A stretch of 64,000 nt of DNA from the NCBI RefSeq assembly GCF_032444005.1, contig NC_091288.1, positions 221,650,001-221,714,000 of the forward strand, given 5' to 3'. This DNA is from Ranitomeya imitator. Its lineage: Eukaryota. The notes beneath the pieces were generated by a model. It searched no databases. It had not been told where the DNA came from and saw nothing but the letters and a program-made list of their open reading frames with translations. How positions within the stretch are numbered: position 1 is the first letter of the stretch; every line of letters starts with the position of its first letter. Of this stretch, positions 50,160 to 62,878 are shown one piece after another. The position numbers and the translations under genes are program-made.

Positions 50160-51350
50160 GAACCTCCTGTGGATGCGTTTTTGTTTGAACCAGAAATGTA
50201 TTGGCTAAAGTTAAAAAAAAATCCTATATTTTATGTATGAGTTATGCAAAACGCGTTTAGCATGAGTTTGCTTTTACCCACTTTTGCAAATCAGATGTTT
50301 TGTTTGCACCTTGTTTCAATGATGTTGAAGTGTAACCACGCCTCGCAGTGTGAGGGTTACGGCTAAACCCATCTCTATGCAATCTTTTTTTGACTGCTTT
50401 TGTTAATAAGCCATTCATATTATTTCTCATGACGACACTGTGCAAACAGGTTTGTACTTTTTACACTTTATAGAGTGTATATAAATGTATATAATCCTGG
50501 CCGTGCACTGCAATTGTGCAGTACTGGTCTTTATGTTTCAAGAATATACAAACAACTTAAAGTGTATCTTATGCAATGAATGTCTACTAATGAGTGAGTC
50601 TAATATATACAGTATGGTGCTATTTTGTTTGTCCATGTATTGACTGTGTCATAAATGTCCTGCCTGTTCCCTGGGATCCATCCTGTGATGACGTCTGTCC
50701 GAGGGCAGTGTCTGATGTTCTCCACCTGTGCCTGTGCTACGCCTGAGGCCTGAGAGAAAGGTTCTCCTGATATGCCCGTGCCAGATGACCCTGGGCTGCT
50801 TCAACCCATGATGACCTCTTGCCATCGTCTGATGTCTGCTGTCCAGTGACGTTCACCCTTCCTTGATGTGCGGAATCGGGAGCCTACATTGTCATGCCTT
50901 GTGTTCTGTATGATGGCTTTATCTAAGAAAACTTTATGGTTCTTCATACCTGAAGTTATGCGGTGCCATCTAGTCCTGCATGTCACCACCTTGCCCACAT
51001 GTTCAGCTGCCACAGATCCCAGTCATTGCCCTTCCCTAGTCCGGATAGGTCCGGGTCCCCCTCTGTGGTCCAGTGGGTCCACATTCCATTACCACCTGGG
51101 ATGCATGCTCCACATCGTCGTGGGAGCGTAAGCTAGCCGCTTCCGTCGTGACACATCACTTCTATGGAGCGAGGCTCTGCCCTTCTTATGATGGAGCTGG
51201 CCAGTGGGCACTGCTCACTAGAGGGCATGGTCTCGCTGCATACAAGAGTATGGAGAGCGTGACCATGCCCACTGGATGGGAGTATGTATAACTCATATAT
51301 ACCCTCCAGTCTCGGGACTGAAACCGGCGAATCCCCGCAGCGCAGTAAGT

Positions 51351-52469
51351 TGCCTGCCAGGGCCATGGGCTACTTGGTACCGGGTCCAGTACTTCACAGG
51401 GGGGTGTCACGGTGGTGACCCAGTCCGTGACCCTGGGCGCCCATGTAAAAGGGGAAATGTCTTTAGGGAATTGGTGAATAGAGTTGGTGGCGCCACCTGT
51501 GGTATTCGGTCAGTAGGGACCGATGCTGCTTTAAGGGGTTCTCTGAGGTGATGTTATGGCAGCTAGATGGTATACCTTCCCACAGGTGAAGTATATCCAC
51601 AGGACTCCCAGTGTGTAGATAGTAGATGGTGAGTGGTGCAATAAAGAACGAGGACACAGGTTTGCAGTCTCTTTACCTGGTTTACTGAAGACTTCAATGG
51701 CCACAGTCCAGGGCACCAGATCACAGGGCAGGCAGGGTCTGGCCAGTTTGGAAGCGAATCCAGAGTCCCCTTTACCAGGTGGAGGTAAAAGCCTTCCTCT
51801 AGCGCGGTGGTGTTGTAGTTCCTTACTGCCTATGGCTTCAGATAAGGTCCTCACAGTTCTTATCTCTGTCCCCCATATAGGATAGGACAAAACCCGTATG
51901 ACTGGTGACTTGAGCCTGTTTATAGGGACTCTAACATGCCCCGGGCTCCACAGGTGTCACCATGTCTCCTCGGTATAAGGCGGACAGGTAACTTGCAGTT
52001 CAGCTGCCCTGCCGGTCTCTGCTGTAATACGTGGAGATCCGTACAACCTCAGTATTCCGGCTACCGGTTAACTGCGCCTCAGAGGGAGGCAGCCTGCTCG
52101 TAGCTGGTCTCCCCTGATATCACTTTCCTGTGCTTCACTCTCCTTCATGCTCACTGACTGATGTCCTGCTTTCTGTATAATCTCCTTTCCTGGGAGCTGT
52201 AGCACTGTGGCTACACAGCTCTGTTTAACCTTGCCCTGCCTCAGACTGCTCCATTCTGCTTCCTGGCAGTAACTGTCCTGTCTTTCCCACCAAACCACAA
52301 TATATATAGGTGAGTCACCTAGTAAATAGGATCAAAAGCTCCCCCTTGTGGCCTGGAGTGTGAACATGTTGTGTGCATTGTGATTACCTGGTGAGAGTTA
52401 TCTTTCATCGCTTCCAAACGTAATATCACTCTCCCCGTGAGGAATGCAATGCTAGTTTGGGGTGCCGCA
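51351..52469 (-). mobile_element. LTR-like element between the head-to-head TAS2R pair
   Basis: Minus strand begins TGCGGCACCCC and resembles amphibian Gypsy-type LTRs from recollection. No matching TSD found, so the left boundary is uncertain. Confidence 0.45.
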
Positions 52470-53491
52470 CACAGTGCATGCGCCCGAGAACTCAGAAGTC
52501 TCAGTCACACAGAGTGACCCCAGACTGAGTGATTTAGACCAGACAGACCCTTTAATGCACCAATGGTATTGGGAAGGAGTTGGTTATCCCCAGAAACAGA
52601 TTGTCTAATGTGCTAGCCTGTGTCCAGGACGGATGCAAGTTATTATTTTTAGATTAAGAAGAAACCAGTATCTAAGGAACTTTCTATCCCGAGAGCTTGT
52701 TTGTGTGTGTTGGTTTTACATTCACTGGTTATCAAAATGTGCAGAGCCACATCAAAAAATAAATGTCATTGTTTCACACGTCAACATTTCAATGCTTTTA
52801 TTTTATCCCTTAAATTCCAATGCCGAATTAAATCAGATGACATGTGCCGCAAAACATGCGGGCTCAGCGCTGGAGCCTACATGGAGTGTGGGGAGATGAC
52901 CAATGACGTACCTATATGTCATAGGCCCAAGGTTGCTCTGAGTTAACGCATTGAGTTGCTGATGACATTTCGGAGTCATGAGTATACAATGTATTTTTTT
53001 CCCACTTTTTTACAGTATTAGTGCTGGAGGTATCTGACAGACACCTTACAAATATTATCACCTTAGAGTCAGCCAGGAATAACTGACTGTTAGGCTCACT
53101 GGGTGAGGTGGATTCTCCAAGCCAAAGGTGTGAGTAGGCACAGAGGCCACGGCTGCAATGTATTACCAGTATGATATATATATTGTAAACTTTAGAAAGT
53201 AGGAAAAGTACGAATCTGAGAATGCAGCATTGTCATCAGCGTTATTACAAATGGCCTATTAATAGCAAGCAAAGTAAGATTGCTTCGAGCCCGATGTAGA
53301 CATATCCATAACACTGCGCTGCCTGGTGACACTCTGCAACATCGTTTGATTGGAAATGAGGTATAAACACCTGATTTGCAAAAGCAAACTCAGGCAAAAC
53401 GCTTTTTGCATAACTTGTGCATCAAACATAAAATCTTTTTTTAACATCACCCAATACATTACTGGTTCGAAGACTCGTCCACCGGAGGTTC

Positions 53492-54421
53492 ATGATGCCG
53501 AGTACAGGATGGATCCTTGTCCTTGCGACAATCTTCAGCATATTGGACACTGGGTTGGGATACATTCTGAATGTGGGCATCTTGGTGTCTTGTGTCAAGA
53601 GCTTGAAGACTGGACTGAAGTCAAATCCTCCTGATATAATCCACCTTGTCATAGGATTGGCGAACATCGCTCTCCAGTTTTTGCTCACATTACAGGGTCT
53701 ATTATCTATGTACTTTACTTCTTTTCTGTGTATTAGGGAGGTCTATGTCTCAATCTCTGTGGGCACGATGACTCTTACATACTTCAGCTACTGGCTCACT
53801 GCCTGGCTCTGTATCTATTACTGCGTCACCATCTCTAACTTCAGTCATCCATTCTTCATCTGGTCAAAGAGGAACATCTCAATGTATCTACCACATCTTC
53901 TCCTTCTGTCAGCTGCCGGATGTTTCTTCATTAATCTTCCCGCCATCTGGACCATAACTATGCAAGTCTCTCTACAGAACCCTCCAAATAGCAGCCTTGA
54001 TCCCAAATTTATCAGTGGGTTTATACATTTTCAGCCCTTTTACTTACAAACCGCAACATTTCTAGGATGCTGCGTGCCATTTCTACTCATCTTGGTCTCT
54101 ATCATAGTGACCAACTCTTCACTTCTAAGACATCTATGGAAGATCAAGCAGAAGGAATCTGGATTATCCCAAACCAAACACCAGGCTCACATTAACGCCA
54201 TAAGAACCATGTGGTTGTTCCTTACAATTTCCATTGTCTTCTGTATAAGTGAATTGTTGCTGTTTTCAAAAAGCCGCAACCTTGAAGACCCTTATACAGC
54301 TTTGAGTGAGTTGATATTTATTTCTTTTCCAACAGCAGAGTCTCTCGTCATTACCTTTGCCAACCCCAAGCTAAGGAGACAAATCATGGGGATGGTCCCA
54401 TGCTTTAATAAAAAGTTATAG
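53492..54421 (+). CDS. TAS2R: TAS2R-like receptor, subfamily B, 309 aa, intact
   Basis: Paralogue of the 49236 gene in inverted orientation with the same TM3, TM6 and TM7 motifs. NSS site in ECL2. Confidence 0.93.
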   Translation: MMPSTGWILVLATIFSILDTGLGYILNVGILVSCVKSLKTGLKSNPPDIIHLVIGLANIALQFLLTLQGLLSMYFTSFLCIREVYVSISVGTMTLTYFSYWLTAWLCIYYCVTISNFSHPFFIWSKRNISMYLPHLLLLSAAGCFFINLPAIWTITMQVSLQNPPNSSLDPKFISGFIHFQPFYLQTATFLGCCVPFLLILVSIIVTNSSLLRHLWKIKQKESGLSQTKHQAHINAIRTMWLFLTISIVFCISELLLFSKSRNLEDPYTALSELIFISFPTAESLVITFANPKLRRQIMGMVPCFNKKL

Positions 54422-55046
54422 ATGTAAGAAATTAAAGATTAGGAAGAGTCAGTGTTGTGTCTACTTTAGTGGACCAGTGTAAAACTTGGAATATTTCAAG
54501 ATTTTTTTAAACAATCTTTTAGCACAATTATGCTATACTTTATACTCTAATTTAGTGTCTATCTCTCCTGATTTGTAAACATGAGTACAAAAAATCCAAA
54601 CTAAAGAATTTTGTATAAAACATGCATCAAATATGTATATTCTACCTGCGATCAAGTAAGCTACAGATAAAACATAAAGTGCACCATGGGGTACCTTCAG
54701 TAAGAAGTGGTAAATGTTGGCATTGTTAAGATGTCTGTCCAAATTTCCTTATTGTGCTCTTAGTATAAGCATAATGCCACAAGCCTTCGATTCTCAGAAA
54801 AAAAATGTCCATTTAGAGAGCTCAATTTAAAATGTAAGTACACAAAAACAGGAGCAAGGTGCGCTGCCAACAGTAAGAAACGTGGAAATGAAGTAAAATG
54901 CATTGAATGGTTATTTCAGTAATATCGAACAATTCATCTCAGAAAAGGTAACATCTTGGACCTGACAAAGAGGAGAGACCATTCTTGAAACTAGCCTTGC
55001 AATAAATATTTTAAGCACCTTGCTTTATCAAGATGTTCCTTATTAT

Positions 55047-55078
55047 TTGACTAAGGTACACTGAAACGCGCGTCGGGG
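55047..55078 (+). ncRNA. Degenerate hammerhead-like motif (Penelope remnant)
   Basis: TTGACTAAGG-TACA-CTGAAACGCGCGTCGGGG. 3' half identical to the 19542 motif; 5' core has two mismatches to CUGANGA. Confidence 0.4.
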
Positions 55079-56145
55079 AGGATGTATACCAGAAACACTG
55101 CTGTCTATATGCAATAAAGTATATGTATACCACTGATATCCTGTTTCATATCTACTGTATTTTGCGGATTACAAGACGCACTTGACTATATGACCCACCT
55201 CAAATTTTGGGGACCAAATAGGAAAAAATGTTTTTTTTAAATAAAATGGTGGTACATCTTCTAGTCTGATTTTGTGGTAGATTATCGAGGGGCAGCTGCA
55301 TTGAAGCAGGGACACAGGAGGCAGGGTCACTGTTCCAGCAGGCCAACAGCTTCAGGAGTGAGGCAATGCTACGGACTCTGGGCTTTCATAAAATGTTGTC
55401 ATAAGCGGAGTCTTCTTCCCATTACTTTTCCTGAGGTGAGCTTTTGGAAAATGGCCCCCCCAGAGGCAGCGCATTTTTAGAATGATATCAAGGGGGCCAA
55501 AATCTCAATTTGTGCATGACCTGCCTTTGGTGGCCATTTTACCAAAGCCCACCTCAGGGAGGTGGACTCCGCCGCCATTTTGTGAAAGCCCAGGACCCAC
55601 AGTTTCGCACCGCCAGTACACCCCCTCCTGCCATCACGGGGCCCCCAGCATGTTACGATATCTTGCAAAAAAAGTTTTTTCATACAAATAGATATCGATT
55701 GTATTATAAGTTTATGCCAACAAAGGATATATACAAGGCTGATATTATATTTACATCACATATTATACTTAAACACTTATGTATAATAATGTAATAAAAA
55801 CACGATTTTGTCTTCTGATCTCATTTTTTCCCCCATTTTTCCCTTGCTCGCTATCTGCTGGCAGAGCATCACACTTCATATCCAAAGATGAAAAATACTG
55901 GATATTTCCACAGCAAAATCTGAATGACACAATAATTTCTGATTATACATTCCCTTTAAAAAAATATTCATGAGATATCAACATTATAGAATTCTGGTAT
56001 GAAAGGTTTAATAATCTCTATACATTTTGCATCATGGACTTTGTAAACATCCAGTAGATTTTGAGAAATATAATATTGACCTCTGCGGGAATATATTTGT
56101 CCTTGTTACCTAAGACATGAAGAGCGAGTTTGATTGTATAATGTA

Positions 56146-56229
56146 ACGTATTTTCCGGCATAAAAGATGACTTTTTAACCCCTGAAAATCTCAAAAGTTG
56201 GGGGTCATCTTATAAGGCGGAAAATACGG
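56146..56229. mobile_element. 84-bp Tc1/mariner(pogo)-type mini-MITE
   Basis: CGTATTTTCCGG...GCGGAAAATACGG inverted ends, flanked by TA at 56144-56145 and 56230-56231. Confidence 0.55.
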
Positions 56230-56438
56230 TAGTTATATAAATTGATAACCAAAGTTTGATGAAGTTTTGCATTTCTTTCAGCTAAGGATTGACCTCCTTG
56301 TGTGTGTAAGATACAGAAGTCTTCAGCTGTGGCTTTTATAGATGCGATTGGTCTCACAGCATTAACTATCGAATATATGGTGGGAATAGTCTTTAACATT
56401 ATGTTATTTCCTATTATACATCCCCTGCTTGCGTATGA

Positions 56439-57591
56439 GGACAGCTCATAGAATCTCACGGCTTTCAGTATCACCTCTATGCTGATGACACAGATCTACA
56501 TCTCTGGACCAGATATCACCTCCCTTCTAACCAGAATCCCTCAATGTCTGTCCACTATTTCATCCTTCTTCTCCACTAGATTTCTAAAACTTAACATGGA
56601 CAAAACAGAATTCATCATCTTTCCCCCATCTCACGCGACCCCCCCAACGAACCTATCCATTACAGTAAATGGCTGCCCACTCTCCCCAGTCCCACAAGCT
56701 CGCTGCCTCTGGATAATCCTTGACACTGATCTCTCCTACAAACCACATATCCAAGCCCTTTCCACTTCCTGCCACTTTCAACTCAAAAATATTTCATGAA
56801 TCCGTTCATTCTTCAACCATGAATCTGCAAAAACCCTAGTCCATGCCGTCATCATCTCTCGCCTTGTCTACTGCAACCTCCTGCTCTGTGGCCTCCCCTC
56901 TAACACTCTCGCACCCCTCCAATCTATTCTAAACTCTGCTGCACGACTAATCCACCTGTCCCCCCGCTATTCCCCGGCCTCTCCCCTCTGTCAATCCCTG
57001 CACTGGCTCCCCATTGCCCAGAGACTCCACTACAAAACCCTTACCATGACGTACAAAGCCATCCACAACCTGTCTCCTCCATACATCTGTGACCTCGTCT
57101 CCCGGTACTTACCTACCCGCAACCTCCGATCCTCACAAGATCCCCTTCTCTACTCCCCTCTTATCTCCTCTTCCCACAATCGTATACAAGATTTCTCTCG
57201 CGTATCACCCCTACTCTGGAACCCTCTACCACAACACATCAGACTCTCGCCTACCATCGAAACCTTCAAAAAGAACCTGAAGACCTACCTCTTCAGACAA
57301 GCCTACAACCTGCAGTAACCACCGATCGACCAAACCGCTGCATGACCAGCTCTACCCTCACCTACTGTATCCTCACCCATCCCTTGTAGATTGTGAGCCC
57401 TCGCGGGCAGGGTCCTCTCTCCTCCTGTATTCTCACCCATCCCTTGTAGATTGTGACCCTTCGCGGGCAGGGTCCTCTCTCCTACTGTACCAGTTATGAC
57501 TTGTATTGTTTAAGATTATTGTACTTGTTTTTATTATGTATACCCCTCCTCACATGTAAAGCGCCATGGAATAAATGGCGCTATAACAATA

Positions 57592-57621
<30 letters not shown>
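56439..57621 (+). mobile_element. L2 LINE (second family), 5'-truncated, with a ~60-bp tandem duplication in the 3'UTR
   Basis: [18 protein letters not shown] start. ORFs 56479-56799 and 57046-57318. Duplication at ~57363-57482. (AAT)n tail. Confidence 0.92.
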
Positions 57622-57622
<1 letters not shown>

Positions 57623-58039
57623 TAGGAAACCTGAAAATTGAATTCTCGCTTGGCCCAGAGAATAGAGTCCTCTTCACCAAAGTTCTGGTCAATGCCTCCT
57701 TACATTTGTCAATAAACTAAAAAAGATATATATTTTTTGACTCATCTATTCCTTAAATATGACATTGTTTGGACTAAAATATTTTTACTATTCTAAATCA
57801 TTTACAGCTTTTGGCTGAGGGCTTTCGCTTTGTCTAGTACTACACCAATATCATCACTTGGGGTCACCGAAGCTTAGCTTATGGGTTTCGAGAACACTTA
57901 AAACTGTGGATTCTGTGAATTATCTGGATTGTCTGGTGTAGTGCATTCTAGAGAACTGGCACGGAATGAAAGTCTTTGTGAGGAGAGTATAAGATTCAAA
58001 TAATATAGGATTCTATTCTAAGATGACTAGCAAGACTGA

Positions 58040-58987
58040 GAGGACACGTTGGGTGGTCGACAGAGATGAGGAGATGTAGGGCGGTGTAACACTATGGAGA
58101 GGACGGGTAGAGTGGTAGATAGAGATGAGGAGGAGATGTAGGGCGGTGCAGCACTGTGGAGAGGACGGGTAGGTGGTAGATAGAAATGAGGAGGAGATGT
58201 AGGGTGGTGCAGCACTGTGGAGAGGACGGGTAGAGTGGTAGATAGAGATGAGGAGGAGATGTAGGGCAGTGCAGCATTGTGGAGAGGACGGGTAGGTGGT
58301 AGACAGAGATGAGGAGGAGAAGTAAAGCAGTGGAGCACTAAGGAGAGGACGGGTAGGGTGGTAGACAGATGAGGAGATGTAGGGCGGTGCAGCACTGTGG
58401 AGAGGATGGGTAGAGTGGTAGATAGAGATGAGGAGGAGATGTAGGGCAGTGCAGCACTGTGGAGAGGACAGGTAGGTGGTAGACAGAGATGAGGAGGAGA
58501 AGTAAGGCAGTGGAGCACTAAGGAGAGGACGGGTAGGGTGGTAGACAGATGAGGAGATGTAGGGCGGTGCAGCACTGTGGAGAGGATGGGTAGGTGGTAG
58601 ACAGAGATGAGGAGATGTAGGGCAGTGCAGCACTGTGGAGAGAACGGGTAGGTGGTAGACAGAGATGAGGAGGAGAAGTAAGGCAGTGGAGCACAAAGGA
58701 GAGGATGGGTAGGGTGGTAGACAGATGAGGAGATGTAGGGCGGTGCAGCACTGTAGAGAGGATGGGTAGGTGGTAGATAGAGATGAGGAGGAGATGTAGG
58801 GCGGTGCAGCACTGTGGAGAGGACGGGTAGGTGGTAGACAGAGATGAGGAGGAGATGTAGGGCAGTGCAGCACTGTGGAGAGGACGGGTAGGTGGTAGAC
58901 AGAGATGAGGAGGAGAAGTAAGGCAGTGGAGCACTAAGGAGAGGACGGGTAGGGTGGTAGACAGATGAGGAGATGTAGGGCGGTGCA
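58040..58987. repeat. ~59-63-bp minisatellite (~15 units) derived from the L2 ORF2 C-terminal segment
   Basis: Minus-strand unit reads LHSAAPPYISSL/SVYHPTRPL, matching L2 sequence at ~12424-12480 and ~41085-41160. Confidence 0.93.
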
Positions 58988-59099
58988 TGAAATTTTAAAA
59001 TGTTTTTGTAGCACAGGTGACATTAGCGAGTAATCAAATATAGAGAATAAAGGAAAGATCTTTGTCAAATAGACCGCCAATACAGCGAGTGTGCTGCTG

Positions 59100-59800
59100 G
59101 GGAGTTGTGAAATAACTACACACGGAATTGGCAATTTTGGGTTTATGTAGATTAGTAGAGGAGGAAACACACGGAGTTCAGTTTTGGAAACATTCTATTT
59201 TAGATTCAAGGAGGATATAGTTTTTGAGAAGATATATGCACACAATCACTGGTAATTTGTAGTAATGCAGGGTTGATGTGTATAATTAAGTGTCATAAGC
59301 ATAGAGATGGGAATGGAAACCCAATCTACTGATGGTTTGTTCAATACGGGCAGTGTAAAGGGAGAAGAGAAGCCGTCCTAGGACTGATCACTAAGGATCT
59401 TGACAGTGAGAGGAAAAGGAACCAGCAAAACATACAGTGAAAGAGCGGTCAGAGAGGTAGGAGGAGAACCAGGAGAGAACGGTGTCCTTGAGGCCGATGG
59501 AGCGGAGTATAGTGAGGAGGAGCTGATGGTCCACAGTGTCGAATGCTGCAGAGAGATCCAAGGGAATAAGCATGGAGTAGTGACCATTAGATTTAGCTGT
59601 TAGTAGGTCATTGGAGACTTTAGTGAGGGCAGTTTCAGTAGAGTGTAAAGAGCGGAAACCAGGCTGTAAAGTGATTTGAGAGATATTGGAATAGACAGGT
59701 GTGGACCAAGCGTTTAGAGTTGAAAGTAACATTACTGACTCCTTGGTAGTTAGCAGTGCTGTTCTGGTCAAGGGATTTTTTTAGTAATGGGTTTATCATG
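59100..59800 (-). mobile_element. Degraded L2 RT fragment
   Basis: [22 protein letters not shown]...[12 protein letters not shown] in ORF 59391-59771. Boundaries approximate. Confidence 0.85.
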
Positions 59801-60656
59801 GCATTTTGTAAGTAAGATGGAAAAGATACCAGAAGAAAGAGAGAGGTTGAACATTTTAGTTAGGTGAGTGGTGATAAATGGGGAGAGGGAGGAGAAGGTA
59901 GGAGGGAATAGGGTTAGGGTGAAGGTTGAAGGCCAAGAAGAAGTGAAAGACGGTTAACTTATTTTTCCCTTAAATAGTCAAACAGACGACACTTAAATAA
60001 TTCAAAGAGGTTTTTTCATTTATTGAAAATTCAATTGGTTTGAAAAAAATCCACACAAATTTTGTTCATATATAGATGAAATTGGACTTTTCTAAAGCGA
60101 TGTTTTCGCTCATCCTGCGCTTATTTGCTCAGTTACTACAAAACATAAATGATTGCAAAAATATATATTACAATATTGCAATATGTCATAAAGAAAAAAT
60201 CCCACATATGCACATATGAGAAAATATATTCATGTCAAGTGCTGAAATCTAATTCAATGGGATATAATACCCCAAATGGAGAGTATGTAATAAACCACAC
60301 ATCACAGGTAAGTATAGTGAGGGCAATAGATAATATAAAGTGCAAGTATTTATGACTGGGGTGCTATACTGACTACAGGAATGAATATGATAATAAATAT
60401 ATAGAGCAGCTATACAGACTACAAAAATACATATAGTGTTAAGTATAAAGCAACTCTCAAGTATGCAAAAATGACCAAACATGCAAAACTGACTCATGAG
60501 TCCTGATAAATGCCGACATGGAAACAGTACAAAGTGCAAGTGCTAAATCTAACAGGGCAGCTGCTGAGCACATAAGCATGAAGTCAAAAAGGAATGGATT
60601 ACCCCTAAATGCATTTCAATGGTCAAAAAAACATCTCATAGTCACCAATTATACCA

Positions 60657-61514
60657 TGTCACGATTCACACCGTGACCGTCACCCCCACGTCACAGATCG
60701 GGGTGACTTTAGGCCAAAAGTAATTATAAAATAAAGGGATTAAATGAGAATAGGTAAAACTCACATGTTCTCAGTTCATTTCAGGCAAAACCATGCTGGT
60801 AGGCAAAACCCCAAATGTCCCAGTGCATCAGGAGGTCAGGATAGAAACAGCTCCTCAAGTAAAAAACTCAGACTGAAGGCTGGGTTAAGGGTAGAGACTT
60901 TTAAACCCCAGCCTCGTGACATCACTAAAGGGATTGGTTTACCCAGTCCGTCCTCTCTCTTCAGACTTACCAAATTTAACTCTAATTCTTATAAGTCTCG
61001 TATTTTCGTTCCCAAACATGTCAGAATCATAACACACCCAGGTTTCTTCTTATTTTACCATTGGCTGTCCAATGAAACCAAATTTGGGCTAATGGGGACA
61101 TCCAGCTTCGGAGAAATCCGTACTCTGTCCCTGCTGGAACTAGAGGTTCAGGCTTACAGTGGCGGATAGATCCGCCGATGGAGGTTAGCAAGATATACGT
61201 ACTTATTATTTTTCTAGCCCAAATCGGTGGCCCAGAATCTTACAAGATTATGACAAAGAGCCTCATGTTTTAAAAGAGAGATCAGACCAGTTTCAGCTGG
61301 TACAATTGTCTATTGCAACTACAGCGGTCGTAAAAATTCCTTTGGTGGGAACAGAGGAGTAAGTCGCTCCAAACCTGGAATTTGCAGCAAGAAGCAATAA
61401 AAACCTCTTCTACACACAGCAGAAACACACAGAGAAGATGGGGGGGTTAGCCCGCAGCATGGGTCTAACAGGCAAGCTACAAAATTATGTTACATTTCAT
61501 ACAATATCGTGACA
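60657..61514. mobile_element. Probable solo LTR
   Basis: Perfect 8-bp terminal inverted repeat TGTCACGA/TCGTGACA. Flanks TACCA/CACCC do not form a clean TSD. Confidence 0.6.
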
Positions 61515-62100
61515 CACCCATTAAGCGCGTCCATCAGTGAAGGGGTGTCAAAACGCAGTGTGAAAGCACACTTACACAAACAGTAGAAAATTGCAAATCT
61601 TCTCCTTCCGATTGACTATCAAAAATGGAAATCCATGTTCTGTCAGTGATTTGTACCGTAGGGTAATTTTCATTCATAAGTCATATCCAAAATAGACAAA
61701 TGTCCAACATTTTTTTATGATGCGGACACAGAGTGTGCCAAAAATCACAGAGATATCGTTACACGATAATAGATACATGTTCCATTCATGAATATACAAA
61801 ATATACAGTATATGGAATAATTCTACTGCAGAAACTCAGCAAGCTCCAAGCTGTATTTTTGTGGAGTCCCCCAAAGCCTTCTGCCTGGATAACGAAAATA
61901 AAAGATTGTCATCTCCCTCCGGTGTTGGGGAGCGGTAGGCTGGAGAAACAAATCACATGGAGACCAGTACAGGTGTGCATCAAAGTGTCTCTATGGGCCG
62001 ACCGTTGGTGCCCCCTTATTATAGCAGCAGTAGGAAGGAGAAAATTACCATGAATCAAAGTACAGATTCCACATGACATACATCTTTGGTGATTAATTAC

Positions 62101-62878
62101 TGTTAGGGCTAGCGGAACGCACTGAGTATAGATAGGTAGCTTCAAGGTGCGTTCGCAGCCCGGGGTCCACTGTGCAGAGATACCTGCTGCAAAGTAATGG
62201 TGGATAAACTCTGAGCTCACACATGGGTTAAACTTCACCCCGTGTGAAATGTAAGCGATCTCTGTTGCCTCACAGAGTCACGCTGTACACAGAACTATTA
62301 CCCTAACTAAGGGTTGTGCTTGCTCTGGAACTCTTTTACGCTAACCGCTCACATGAAGCAACCAGATGCTAAGCCAAGGCTAATTGCCCCCACTGACGCT
62401 AGCTGCCTGCCTGAGTGAACAGTCCCAAAGATACAACCTAACACCACATATGTAAAGAGTGGTATAGTATCCACCGGCATAAGCCAAACACATTTGATAC
62501 TAGCGCATGGCCGTGCGGCCATGCAAACCTTTTATAGTTGCAGCTCTTCAGGACCTTTCTGGTGGACCAATAGGAGCTGCCACAGGACCTGAGCATGTAA
62601 CCCCTGACCTCCAATGGGAGGTCATCCCGTGGGCATGCTCAGTGTGTGAAAAGCAGGACTTAGTCCCAGAAAAGCCTGCTCGCCGCTGACCAGTGCTGGT
62701 TACAGTGGCAGAGCCTGGAAGGACAGCAGTAACCAGTCACACAGTATCAGGCGGAGCCAGACGCTGGGACTGACGTCTCCGCTTAGCAGACTCCACTGCG
62801 GCTGGAGGAGAATGGGAGACCGCAACGGACCTGGTTCGAGATTCCCCCTGTGCAGCGGTGAGAACTCGACACCTAACA
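62101..62878. mobile_element. Solo LTR
   Basis: TGTTAGG...CCTAACA termini. Perfect 5-bp TSD ATTAC at 62096-62100 and 62879-62883. Confidence 0.88.

Noticed and set aside
50690-51350. Possible Myb/MADF-like coding remnant (TCRTRW)
   Set aside because: Single short motif with no consistent reading frame.
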